Notes: a model not told the origin generated them from the sequence alone. Shown: positions 17,212-25,828, counted from the first letter of the stretch. The stretch is DNA of 39,767 nucleotides from a virus (IMGVR_UViG_3300036778_000042:1-39767); one strand, 5' to 3'. Made by a program: numbers and translations.

Positions 17212-17787
17212 ATGTCCCGTTCGTTCTTCGTCCGCGAAAGCTTCATTCCCACCGGCGCCGTGAAGGTCGCCGACAAGGCGTCCAGCGCCGTCGTCTACAT
17301 CCGCACCGACAAGCAAGGCCGCGCCTGCGCGGTCGGCTTCCAGGGCAAGGCGATCAAGCCTGCGTTCAACTGCTGGTATGGGAGCGAGAAACGCCGCGAG
17401 GCGCACGTTCGCGAGTTTTTCGAGAAGGTCGCGCGCGTCGAAAACTACAAGGCGGAACGCGCCGCCGAGAAGAAAGCGAAGTTGGCGCGTCCGCACAAGC
17501 TCCAGCTTGGCCACATCATGGTTGCGACGTGGGGATACGATCAGACGAACGTCGATTTCTATCAGGTCACCGGACTGCGCGGCGCCCGCACGGTCGAACT
17601 GCGCAAGATCGGGCGCGTGTCTGAGGAAACCGCGTCGATGCAGGGGACCTGCACGCCGCGCGCCGACGCCTTCACGGGCGAAGCCTTCACCCGGCGGATC
17701 GACGAAGACAACGCCGTAAAGCTGAACAGTTACAGCTATGCCCGCTTGTGGGACGGCAAGGTCAAGGCGTGGACCGCCTACGCCTAA
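17212..17787 (+). CDS. Conserved phage/MGE hypothetical protein (WGYDQTNVDFYQV motif)
   Basis: 191 aa from ATG 17212 with an AAGGA RBS; the listed upstream extension to 16681 is not credible. Confidence 0.8.
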   Translation: MSRSFFVRESFIPTGAVKVADKASSAVVYIRTDKQGRACAVGFQGKAIKPAFNCWYGSEKRREAHVREFFEKVARVENYKAERAAEKKAKLARPHKLQLGHIMVATWGYDQTNVDFYQVTGLRGARTVELRKIGRVSEETASMQGTCTPRADAFTGEAFTRRIDEDNAVKLNSYSYARLWDGKVKAWTAYA

Positions 17788-17890
17788 ACGCTGTATCCAT
17801 CGCGCCTGTAGCGCCCAAAGCCCGGAGGCGGAAACGCTTGGCCGGGCTGAAGGCGTGCGGATCGTCCGCACACATGGAGAACTAACCGAA

Positions 17891-18103
17891 ATGGCTTTGC
17901 CGACCCCTTCCACCCCGATTGCGAAATCGCTGCATACCCTGACCGTGCTTCAGCAGGTCGCCAAGATCATGCGCGAGCTTCGCGGACTGAACGACCCGGA
18001 AGCGGCGATGACCGCCGCGATGGAAGCCTTAGGGCTTTCCGGGCGTCCTGATCCGTATGGGCTGGAAGCCCGCGCGCTGGTCCTGATGGGAAAGGGCGCC
18101 TGA
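17891..18103 (+). CDS. Small hypothetical protein
   Basis: 70 aa from ATG 17891 with a GGAGA RBS; TGATG coupling to the next gene. Confidence 0.7.
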   Translation: MALPTPSTPIAKSLHTLTVLQQVAKIMRELRGLNDPEAAMTAAMEALGLSGRPDPYGLEARALVLMGKGA

Positions 18104-18393
18104 TGTCTGACGAACCCTCAAACCGCGTCTGGATCGAACTCGAACGCCCGGACCTGAACGAAGACCGCCAGCGGATCGGCGACGAACGCGCCGCGCTGCT
18201 GACGAACCTGCTGAAGCGTCTGGCGGCGCCGGATGACGTAGCTAGTTCGCCCGTGTGCCGATACCGCGAGCACGATCACAAAGGCCGCTTTGTCGGGGTC
18301 TATGAACTCGTCTACGGCCCGATGCGGGTCGAAACGCTCAACGATCACGGAAGCTGGTTCAACCTCGATTACTTTGGCCGCGAAGGAGCCTGA
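18103..18393 (+). CDS. Small acidic hypothetical protein
   Basis: 96 aa; translationally coupled to the previous gene. Confidence 0.7.
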   Translation: MSDEPSNRVWIELERPDLNEDRQRIGDERAALLTNLLKRLAAPDDVASSPVCRYREHDHKGRFVGVYELVYGPMRVETLNDHGSWFNLDYFGREGA

Positions 18394-18396
18394 ACG

Positions 18397-18753
18397 ATGA
18401 CCGGCGCAGAACTGGAGGCCGCCCGCGCGGTCTTGGGCGTGGCCGCGTCCGATCTTGGCCGCGCGTTGCAGCTGGAGGGGCGCGACCCTGGCCAGCAGGT
18501 GCGGCGATGGGAAACCGGCGCCGCCCGCATCCCCGGACCCGTCGCGGTCGCGGTCGCCTTCATGGTCGAACTTAAAACCGGCGTCCTGCGCCGGAAAGGC
18601 TCGCCCCCGGCCGCCAGGAGCCCGCAGGCGGGCGCGGACGGGTCCGCCGCTATCCTGGCCCAGCCGACCGGGAGCGCGCCTGTAGACCCCCCCGCAGTTT
18701 GTAGCGAAGCCGTAGCGTGGAGCCCGCCAGGGAAAGCGAGGCGCCGGGGTTAG
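18397..18753 (+). CDS. XRE/Cro-type HTH regulator closing the cassette (Aca-like position)
   Basis: MTGAELEAARAVLGVAASDLGRALQL...QVRRWETGAARIPGPVAVAV; AAGGAG RBS. Confidence 0.8.
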   Translation: MTGAELEAARAVLGVAASDLGRALQLEGRDPGQQVRRWETGAARIPGPVAVAVAFMVELKTGVLRRKGSPPAARSPQAGADGSAAILAQPTGSAPVDPPAVCSEAVAWSPPGKARRRG

Positions 18754-18765
18754 GGCGAGGGGCTG

Positions 18766-20346
18766 CTATCTGCCCCAAATATCGTTGAGCAGCCCTTTGA
18801 AGCGGCGGCGCCGGTAACGGTCGCCGCCGTCTTCGTGTCCGGACGCCTTCACCGGCGCCGCGAAGGTCAAGACGACCGCATCCCATCCATCGGGAGAACG
18901 CAGCCCGCGCTTGCGGATGTCCTCCTTGCTTTCGAGCAACAGGAACTGACGAGCGTCGTACTTGTAGCCGGGCGCGACCGCATCGGCGTGTAGCGCGTCG
19001 TCGTCGGGGATGTCGGCGCCGCCGTCGTCCTCCAGCCAGTCTTTCGACGCCATCCACATTTCGGCTCTGCGGTTGCGCGGACCCGGTATGAGTTCCCCAC
19101 GCGCGCCGGTGCGGGTCGGCTGATGCGGGGCGCCGCCGAAGTTCACCCCCTCGCACACCTTGGACCAGGGCTCGCCCCAATCGTTCAGCAGATCGACGAC
19201 GCCCGCGCCCTGGCCGCCAACGTCGATGAACACCTTAGCCGGGCGGTCGCGTTCGACGATCTGGCGCACCCAATTGGCGCCCTGCACCGTGTCCAGCTTG
19301 TGCTTGCGTTCGACCTTTTCGACCTTGCGCCCGCGTCGCCACGCGATGGCGAAACCGTCATCCCCGAACCGCGCCGGGTCTACGCCGAGGATCAGCGAAC
19401 CGACGCCTTCGCAGGTCGCCTTGCGCGCCTGCAAAACCAGCTGCGAGGAAATGAACGCGTCGTGTCCGGTGGCTTGGAAAGCCTCCGCAGCGGTCGCCGG
19501 GTACTCCTGGCGGAACAGGTTCGGGTCTTTCAGTTCCTGAAGCTTGGACCGTCGCCAAACCAGCTGCGGAAGGTTGAGCCCGTACAGCCGCCCGTATTCC
19601 TCCTCCTCCTCGTTGATCTCGAACCCGATAGGCGGCGGGCGCTGGTAATCGAGGCTCCAGAACCAGGGGACGAAGATCGCCTGATAGTCGCCGTCTCCCG
19701 CCTCAGCCTGTTGCCAGCGTTCGTGAAACTCGCCGCCGATACCGTTGGCGGTGCTTTCCATGACGATCTCGGAACCAGGCAGATCGGGAACGGTCTGCAC
19801 GACGCCGGCGAAGTGATCGGCGGCGTTGGGCCAGAAGGCGACTTCGGACCCGTGGAACAGGTTCGTTGACTTGGACCGCCCGACCGCCTTCGACCCGGCG
19901 GTCCCGACCGAATAGCCGCTATCGAGGGTCGGAAAATACAGTTCCTTCGCGTTCGCGGCGCCGGTGTGCGGGCGGATTTCGGGCGGAAGGTGGCGGTGGA
20001 ACCGCTCCACCATGGCGAACAGGGTCGCGGTCGCATCCTGCTCATGCGTCAGGATGTAGACCTGCGTTCCGCGCCAGAAGGCGGCCCGGTGATAGAACCG
20101 GGCGCCGATGTACGTGGACAAGCCTTCCTGGCGGGCTTTGAGGACCAGGGCGCGCACCTTGCCGGTGCGCTGGCGCTGCGCCTCTAGCTTGCCGTGGACG
20201 TATTCCTGAACCGCGTTGAGCCGCAGCGGGGCGAGGTCCCCGGCTTTCGTCCGAATGCGCAGACAGCGCGCCGCGTAATGCGGCAAGTCGTCTTTCAGGT
20301 GCTGCAAAAGCCCTTTGGCTTCGTCGCTCAGCTGGACGACCGCCAC
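18766..20346 (-). CDS. terL: Terminase large subunit
   Basis: ATPase motifs LKARQEGLST, SEVAFW and EST; nuclease motifs GVDPARFGDD and SPDGWDA. Confidence 0.93.
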   Translation of the reverse strand: MAVVQLSDEAKGLLQHLKDDLPHYAARCLRIRTKAGDLAPLRLNAVQEYVHGKLEAQRQRTGKVRALVLKARQEGLSTYIGARFYHRAAFWRGTQVYILTHEQDATATLFAMVERFHRHLPPEIRPHTGAANAKELYFPTLDSGYSVGTAGSKAVGRSKSTNLFHGSEVAFWPNAADHFAGVVQTVPDLPGSEIVMESTANGIGGEFHERWQQAEAGDGDYQAIFVPWFWSLDYQRPPPIGFEINEEEEEYGRLYGLNLPQLVWRRSKLQELKDPNLFRQEYPATAAEAFQATGHDAFISSQLVLQARKATCEGVGSLILGVDPARFGDDGFAIAWRRGRKVEKVERKHKLDTVQGANWVRQIVERDRPAKVFIDVGGQGAGVVDLLNDWGEPWSKVCEGVNFGGAPHQPTRTGARGELIPGPRNRRAEMWMASKDWLEDDGGADIPDDDALHADAVAPGYKYDARQFLLLESKEDIRKRGLRSPDGWDAVVLTFAAPVKASGHEDGGDRYRRRRFKGLLNDIWGR

Positions 20347-20361
20347 GCCCGCGGCCGCCGG

Positions 20362-20826
20362 TTATCGCAGCTGGTCCAGGGCGTCTTCGTACCGGACGAA
20401 GCCGACCGTGGCGTCTAGCTCCAGCTTGTCGCCGTAGCGTTTGGGGGCGAGCTTGCCCGCCATCTTCAAGCGGGTTTCAACACGCAGCTTGGACCGCGCG
20501 ACCCACTCGAAATCCATAACCTCGACTTCCTTGCCGTCGTTGCGGGTGATCGTCTTCGTGTCCCGCGACGCGTCGTCCGCGATCTCCAGGCATTCGTCGA
20601 ACAGCAAATCCGCCTGACGTAGCCGAGCGATGTCGTACTCGGCGCGGAACTCGGGATGCGCGCCTAGCCAGCGGTGGACGGTGCGCGGATCGGGGAAGCC
20701 CTGATGGTTAGCGCACAGGTAGTGGAGGCCGCGCGGGGTGGTGGCGATGGCTTCGCAGACCGCCGAACCGACCTCCGGGGAATACTCGACCGGGCGCGAC
20801 GGGAAGACCTCGATCAGGCTGGTCAT
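20362..20826 (-). CDS. terS: Terminase small subunit
   Basis: RPVEYSPEV...P...TVHRWL..HPEF...Y..AR...D...EIADD...RSKLRVETR...GKLAPKRYGDK; immediately upstream of terL. Confidence 0.88.
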   Translation of the reverse strand: MTSLIEVFPSRPVEYSPEVGSAVCEAIATTPRGLHYLCANHQGFPDPRTVHRWLGAHPEFRAEYDIARLRQADLLFDECLEIADDASRDTKTITRNDGKEVEVMDFEWVARSKLRVETRLKMAGKLAPKRYGDKLELDATVGFVRYEDALDQLR

Positions 20827-20838
20827 CGAACGCCGCCG

Positions 20839-21018
20839 CTAGTCGGAACCGTAGGGGTTCGAGGGACAGGGCGCGGAAGTCTTGTCGTTGCTGGTCGTGA
20901 ACGCCGGACCCTTGGACCCGGCGGACGTGGTGCGCGGTTTGTTGTTCAACAGATCGGACCGCTTCGGCGAACCGGTCGCCTTGCTGTCCGGATTGGTGAT
21001 CGGGTCGCGGTTGGCCAT
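20839..21018 (-). CDS. Small hydrophilic protein, first gene after promoter copy 4
   Basis: 59 aa, MANRDPITNPDSKATG...PYGSD, with a GAGG RBS; not in the ORF track. Confidence 0.55.
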   Translation of the reverse strand: MANRDPITNPDSKATGSPKRSDLLNNKPRTTSAGSKGPAFTTSNDKTSAPCPSNPYGSD

Positions 21019-21057
21019 GGTCGGCGCCTCTGCGGGAGGGTTCGACCGGCTTGCGCA

Positions 21058-21080
21058 AACGCGTTCGTTTGGCGCGTCAA
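21058..21080 (-). promoter_or_regulatory. Putative late promoter, copy 4 (TTGAC-GCGCC-AAACGAACGCGTT), heading the terminase block
   Basis: Conserved motif beginning 2 nt after the gcrA-like stop codon. Confidence 0.75.
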
Positions 21081-21082
21081 GA

Positions 21083-21535
21083 TCACGGCGCGGACCGGAA
21101 CATCGTCACGTTGCCAGGGTCCACGGGTGGCCAGGGCTCGCCGCGCAAGATCGTCTGATGGCCAAGACAGTACGGGCCGCCGGGCTCGACAGGCAGGCAA
21201 CAGCTGAGCGTTTCACCGCTGACCGCTGTCACCGGCCAAGCGCATTCGCGCGGGCCGCGCTGAAGCCAGGGGCGCGGCGTGGAGCCCGCGAGCGGCGGCG
21301 GGGGTGGTGGTAGCGCCCGCGACGGGACGGGCGCCCATGAGAGCGCCAGCCCGCGTTCGTGGTTGCCGATGGCGACGGCCAGCGGCGACCTTGCCGGAAG
21401 CCCGAGCCGCATCCGCTTGCCGCGCACCGCCGAGGCCGACACGCCGACCAGCTGGCCGATCTCGGCGCTGGCCGCGCCGCTCGCCCATGCGCTCGCCAAG
21501 ACTAAAGCTTGTTCACCGGTCCAGCTGCTGTTCAC
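21083..21535 (-). CDS. gcrA: GcrA-family transcriptional activator (phage homologue)
   Basis: 150 aa from GTG 21535: N-terminal SWT.EQ...L...W..G..SAEIG..VGVS..AV.GK..RLGL HTH and C-terminal CAWPV...CC...PGGPYCLGH, the two GcrA domains. Confidence 0.85.
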   Translation of the reverse strand: MNSSWTGEQALVLASAWASGAASAEIGQLVGVSASAVRGKRMRLGLPARSPLAVAIGNHERGLALSWAPVPSRALPPPPPPLAGSTPRPWLQRGPRECAWPVTAVSGETLSCCLPVEPGGPYCLGHQTILRGEPWPPVDPGNVTMFRSAP

Positions 21536-22209
21536 GCGAAATCCTCCCGCCAGTCGTTCAGCTGCGCCGCCACGACGACGGGCGCCGAAATTTCGGGCTC
21601 GGGATCGGCTGGCGATTTTTTGGGTTCGGGATCGCCGAACGGGATGTCGTCGCCGTCCTCGACCCACTCAGCCGACGCGCCGAGTTTGTTGCCGATCTGC
21701 GGCCCTTGGAATTTCGCGCCGGTCCAGGTCGCCTTCGCCATCTGGAGCGCGCCCGGAAGCGCGTCGATCAGCGCGCCGACCTCCTTGGCCGTGTAGACGC
21801 TGACGAACCGTCCTTCGGCGATCACCTTGCTCGCCGCCGCGTCGTCCTCGACCAGGGCGGCGACCGATCCGTCCGCTAGCCAGACCTCCCACACCCACGG
21901 CGCAATCGACCGGTGACCGGCTTGCTCGGCCCATGCGTCCAGCGCCCACCACGCCCGCGTCATGGCCGCCGCCTTGTCCTCGACCATGGTCAGCAGGTCG
22001 CGGGTCATCACCTGCGCTTCCCACGCCGCCTGATAGGCGAAGCTCCACGTCGCCTGCTGGCGTCGGAAGCGGGCGAACAGCGCCGCGTCGCCGAGCGCCG
22101 CGAGCCGTTCGAGCCGCCCCATCCCCCACTTGCTTTCCACCTGGCGGGCCGCCGCCTCGACCGTTTCGCCGAACGCCGTCAGCACGGCGGCGTCTTCTGG
22201 CCTAACCAT
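21532..22209 (-). CDS. Conserved hypothetical protein of the replication module
   Basis: 225 aa; VESKWGMGRLERL motif; internal DDIPF; overlaps at both ends. Confidence 0.7.
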   Translation of the reverse strand: MVRPEDAAVLTAFGETVEAAARQVESKWGMGRLERLAALGDAALFARFRRQQATWSFAYQAAWEAQVMTRDLLTMVEDKAAAMTRAWWALDAWAEQAGHRSIAPWVWEVWLADGSVAALVEDDAAASKVIAEGRFVSVYTAKEVGALIDALPGALQMAKATWTGAKFQGPQIGNKLGASAEWVEDGDDIPFGDPEPKKSPADPEPEISAPVVVAAQLNDWREDFA

Positions 22210-22507
22210 GGTTCCGCTCCCGGTGTTTGTTGGGGGGACTTTGGGGGGCGCTCAGGCCCTGCGCCGCCTCGCGAGCCTCCTGCTGGCGGATGGCCAGTAG
22301 GGCTTGCTTCAGGGTCTCAATTTCCGCCTGCATCGCCCGCCACCGGGCAAGGTCCGCCTGCCTTGGGTGGCCGATGTGCGCCATGCTGTTGGCCAGCTTG
22401 CGTTCAAGCTTCGCGAGCGCAGCAGCGGTGTTGTACTTGCGCCAGTGACCGCCCGCCAACGCATCCCGGCGCCACTTCGCCAGTTCGCGGTTCTCTGGCC
22501 GGGTCAT
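22202..22507 (-). CDS. Hypothetical coiled-coil protein
   Basis: 101 aa, same strand, overlaps the next start. Confidence 0.6.
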   Translation of the reverse strand: MTRPENRELAKWRRDALAGGHWRKYNTAAALAKLERKLANSMAHIGHPRQADLARWRAMQAEIETLKQALLAIRQQEAREAAQGLSAPQSPPNKHRERNHG

Positions 22508-22672
22508 CGCCGATCACCGAACTCGCAGCGGCCATGCTCGCCTTTCGGCTGGTCGCTGGATTTCCCGCTCATCCCCGCCGAGGCGAAAGCGTCGGGCGCA
22601 GCTATGCGACCGCGCCATACGCGTTCGACCGGCGGACCAAATCGACGGTTTTCGGGTCCCCCGTTTTCCTCC

Positions 22673-22880
22673 CCCTTTCCCTTTAGTTCCCCGTAAGGGG
22701 AACGGGAAAGGGCGCGGGCGCCTGCTCGCGCGCGGGAAACAAAAGCGGTTGCAATCGTTTGCCATCTTTCGGATTTCATTGAGGAATTCTGAACCATCGC
22801 TTTCAACCGCTTTCCCATCGCCTTACCCCCTCAACGCTTGCAAACGATTGCCATCGCCTTATTGATTTCATTAAGGAATT
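22673..22880. other. Candidate replication origin
   Basis: AT-richer stretch right after the primase-helicase gene with a hairpin (GTTCCCC-GTAA-GGGGAAC), two ~40-nt imperfect direct repeats and CCATCGC repeats. Confidence 0.5.
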
Positions 22881-25042
22881 GGCAATCTCCAGCCACGCTT
22901 ACCGGTGTTTCTGGACAGCACGATCAGCCCGTCCTCGATGGCTTGGCGGATGGCTTCCAGGGCGTCGCCGACGCTCGCGCCGGTCCCCTCGCACAGCTGT
23001 TCGACCATCAAGCTATGCAAGCACCGTTCATGGCCGCGCTTGTCGTTGTACGGACGGCCCTGCGCCCACATGAACTGAACCTTGTCGCGGACGACCAGGG
23101 CGAGCCCGTTCGCCTCGACCCGCCGCCGGGTGACCGCGCCGCCGATGGCCTCGAACGCCCCGTTCGCCCACAAGACGCCTAAGGCTGTTTCCTCGCCGGA
23201 TGCGGCATAGTTCGCCTTGCCGCGCGTCAGTGTCCGCTCGTTCGAGGCGCCGGTTTCGGGCTTGGTCAGGTAGAGGCGGGATCGGACCCCGTTTTCCCAT
23301 GCGGTCGATCCGGCGAAGCCGTGGCCTTCCTTCTGTCCGAGGATGCTTGGATGTCCGAGCAGCAGGATCGTCAGCGTGTGGCCGCGCTCCAGCTGCTGGC
23401 GGATCATCCCGCCGAGAACCGCTTTCAGGAAGTGATTGACCTGTACGGCGTTGCGTTCGTCCGCGCCGAACACGTCGCGGATCGTGTCGATGATCAGCAG
23501 TTCCGGGTTCAGGCTTTCGATCCGTTCCTTCAGCTGGCCATGGAAGGCGCCGAGGACCGGGGCGTCCTGCCGGTAGCTCAACAGGGTGTTGGCGAGCCCG
23601 TAGCGCGCCCAAAGGTGCACGCCGCCGTAGGGGTTGCCGATCACATGGCCGGACGCCTTGCGGATCGCGTCGTGTCGCCGCCAAAGCTCATCCCGCTTGT
23701 CCTCGCAGAACACCGCCAGGACCGCGTTGCAGCGGGTCACCGGCTGGCCAAGCCAGGGCTCGCCGGTCGCGGCGGAATACGCCAGCTGCTGCGCGAGCAG
23801 CGTCTTGCCGAAACCGCCCATCCCGTAGAGCGAGTTAACCTCGTCCTGCACGATCCAGTCGGGGACCAGCCACAGCCGTTCCGGCGGATCGCCGACGAAG
23901 CCTGACGCGCTCTCAGGCGCGCTTGTGTCGGGTTCCTCTAGTGTTTCGGGCGTTATTGGCGGCGTGGCCAGCGAGCCCGGTTCGCGCGGCGGCGAGTGCG
24001 TCACCGATGGACCAGGGCCGGGCTTCGGCAAGGCGGCGGCGGCGCGGACCTTGGTTTCCCAAAGGCCCATCGCGTACGCCCATTTCTGGCGCAGCGCCGA
24101 GAGCCCGCGACCCTCGCGCTCCAGCAGATCGGCTTGCGTCTCCGTCGAACCAGGGGCGGGCTCCAGGCGGCTTTTCGTCGTCAGCTGGTAGTTCGTCCAC
24201 ACCCATTGGATTTCGGCTTCCTGCTCGCTCTCAGGCGGCGGAATAGGGGCTTCCCGGTAGAGGTCCACCACGGCGCCCCAAACGATCCGGGTAAGCTTGT
24301 CCTCGCGCCCGTCCTGATCCAGCCCGAACGCCGTCTTCGCGTCGGCTGGCGGGGATGCCTGAAGTCTTCGCTCACCCCCCGGCGACATTCCGCCAGGCGG
24401 GCTTGTGACCGCGCCGCCGTACGCCTCGCGCAGCGCCTCGATTTCATCGACCAGCGGTTCCGGCGCTTCCCACGGTTCGATCAGCCAGGGCGAGCGGCCC
24501 GGTTCCCAATCGTACACTTGGCCGCTCGCGTGCATCGACGGCGGCGCCATCACGAACCCGCCCTGGCCGCGCAGATCGACGCCGAGCAGCGTCTTGAACG
24601 TCGGCGGCGTCCAGCCACCCGGCGCCCGGAAGAACAGCTGGCGACCGCCGCCGCCGGTTCGCTGCGCCCACGTCTCCGGTTCGACCCCGGCGAAGTGCGC
24701 GTTCAGCACCCGCGTCCACCAATCGAACGCGCCCGATCCGGGCTTCACATCAAGGTCGATGGCGAACAGGTCGCCGGACGCCCGGCCCATCACAAGGCCC
24801 ATGTTCCGGCGCTTCGCGTGCTCGCCGCTCTGCGGGTCGAACCAGCGTTTGAAGATCGGATCGACGACCAGGGCGTCTTGAAACTCCAGCCAGTCGCCGA
24901 ACGGGCGCTTCCACTGGCCGCCTTCAGCGGGCGTGTGCGCGGGAACGACCTGCAAGCCGAGGCTGCGATACATCGCGGCCCATTGCGGCGCCGAGGCCCA
25001 TTCGTCGTTGAAGGCGCCGATCATCCCCAAGGGAAACCTCAA
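22871..25042 (-). CDS. Bifunctional primase-polymerase fused to an AAA_25/RecA-type helicase
   Basis: N-terminal NMGLVMG..IDLD, RTGGGGRQLFF and DLRGQGGFVMAPPSMH; C-terminal Walker A GMGGFGKT and Walker B LLIIDT. The start may be ATG 25024. Confidence 0.9.
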   Translation of the reverse strand: MRFPLGMIGAFNDEWASAPQWAAMYRSLGLQVVPAHTPAEGGQWKRPFGDWLEFQDALVVDPIFKRWFDPQSGEHAKRRNMGLVMGRASGDLFAIDLDVKPGSGAFDWWTRVLNAHFAGVEPETWAQRTGGGGRQLFFRAPGGWTPPTFKTLLGVDLRGQGGFVMAPPSMHASGQVYDWEPGRSPWLIEPWEAPEPLVDEIEALREAYGGAVTSPPGGMSPGGERRLQASPPADAKTAFGLDQDGREDKLTRIVWGAVVDLYREAPIPPPESEQEAEIQWVWTNYQLTTKSRLEPAPGSTETQADLLEREGRGLSALRQKWAYAMGLWETKVRAAAALPKPGPGPSVTHSPPREPGSLATPPITPETLEEPDTSAPESASGFVGDPPERLWLVPDWIVQDEVNSLYGMGGFGKTLLAQQLAYSAATGEPWLGQPVTRCNAVLAVFCEDKRDELWRRHDAIRKASGHVIGNPYGGVHLWARYGLANTLLSYRQDAPVLGAFHGQLKERIESLNPELLIIDTIRDVFGADERNAVQVNHFLKAVLGGMIRQQLERGHTLTILLLGHPSILGQKEGHGFAGSTAWENGVRSRLYLTKPETGASNERTLTRGKANYAASGEETALGVLWANGAFEAIGGAVTRRRVEANGLALVVRDKVQFMWAQGRPYNDKRGHERCLHSLMVEQLCEGTGASVGDALEAIRQAIEDGLIVLSRNTGKRGWRLPIP

Positions 25043-25086
25043 AAAAACGCGCCGAGGCGAACCCCGGCGCGCAAGTCACCCGCACG

Positions 25087-25752
25087 CTAAAAATCGTCCT
25101 CAATCGATGCGACGGCGACCGGCTTACCCTGCTGCGCCGCCTGTTCCTGCGCCGCCGCACCATTCGACTGCGGCGGCGGCGCTTGCCCTGGCGCGAGCAG
25201 ATCGGCGGGGCGCGCGGCCCACCCGACAATCGCCCACACCGGCTGATAATTCTGGCTGCTGACCGGCTTGCCGTCCGCGCCTTTGCCGGTGGTGACGACC
25301 GCAGCCGTCTTCTCCAGCCGCACGACCGGCAATTGGCCAGCATGCGCAGGCGCGTCCTTCAGGTAGGCGTCATGCAGCGCGTCCATGCCTTGGATCGAAA
25401 CCTGAGCATTGGCCGCCATTTCGCGGATGTCGCCACCCGCCTGCTTGCCGAGTTTCATATGCACCCGAAAACCAGGCCGATGTTTATCGGACGGCTTCGG
25501 AGGGATCGGTTTGCCGTAGGGCGCCACGTCGATCTCAGGGGCGCCGTTGGTCGGAAAGTACAGCCACCCAAGTTCGATATGTTCGAGGTCCATCACGGCT
25601 TGGAACACCGGGGTGATCTCGACCGTATTGCTCTCCCATGAACCGTCCGCCTGCGTCCGATCTACACGGAACAGGCGCCCGGCGCGGGCGTCGTACTTGA
25701 TGATCGGGGTTCGGTCTTCACCGGCCCCGCGTTGCGGTAGATTTAGCGCCAT
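25087..25752 (-). CDS. Putative single-stranded DNA-binding protein
   Basis: IIKYDARAGR...NYQPVWAIVGW..RPADL, then a P/Q/A linker and acidic-aromatic C-terminus (IEDDF); next to the primase. Confidence 0.7.
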   Translation of the reverse strand: MALNLPQRGAGEDRTPIIKYDARAGRLFRVDRTQADGSWESNTVEITPVFQAVMDLEHIELGWLYFPTNGAPEIDVAPYGKPIPPKPSDKHRPGFRVHMKLGKQAGGDIREMAANAQVSIQGMDALHDAYLKDAPAHAGQLPVVRLEKTAAVVTTGKGADGKPVSSQNYQPVWAIVGWAARPADLLAPGQAPPPQSNGAAAQEQAAQQGKPVAVASIEDDF

Positions 25753-25828
25753 AGCTTCACATCCTCACGTCTTCACAAGTGCCGCCGGGGGGTTCACAAA
25801 GGGGCGGCGGCGCCCCGTCCACACGTCC
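25753..25828 (-). promoter_or_regulatory. Structured leader of the ssb-like gene with GTGA repeats
   Basis: Alternative pairings GGGGC/GCCCC and GCCGCC/GGCGGC, plus TGTGAA/CGTGAG/TGTGAA at an 8-nt period before the ATG. Confidence 0.45.

Noticed and set aside
22504-22818. 104-aa ORF after the primase gene
   Set aside because: It overlies the repeats and hairpin of the candidate origin and has no recognisable features; it cannot be fully excluded.
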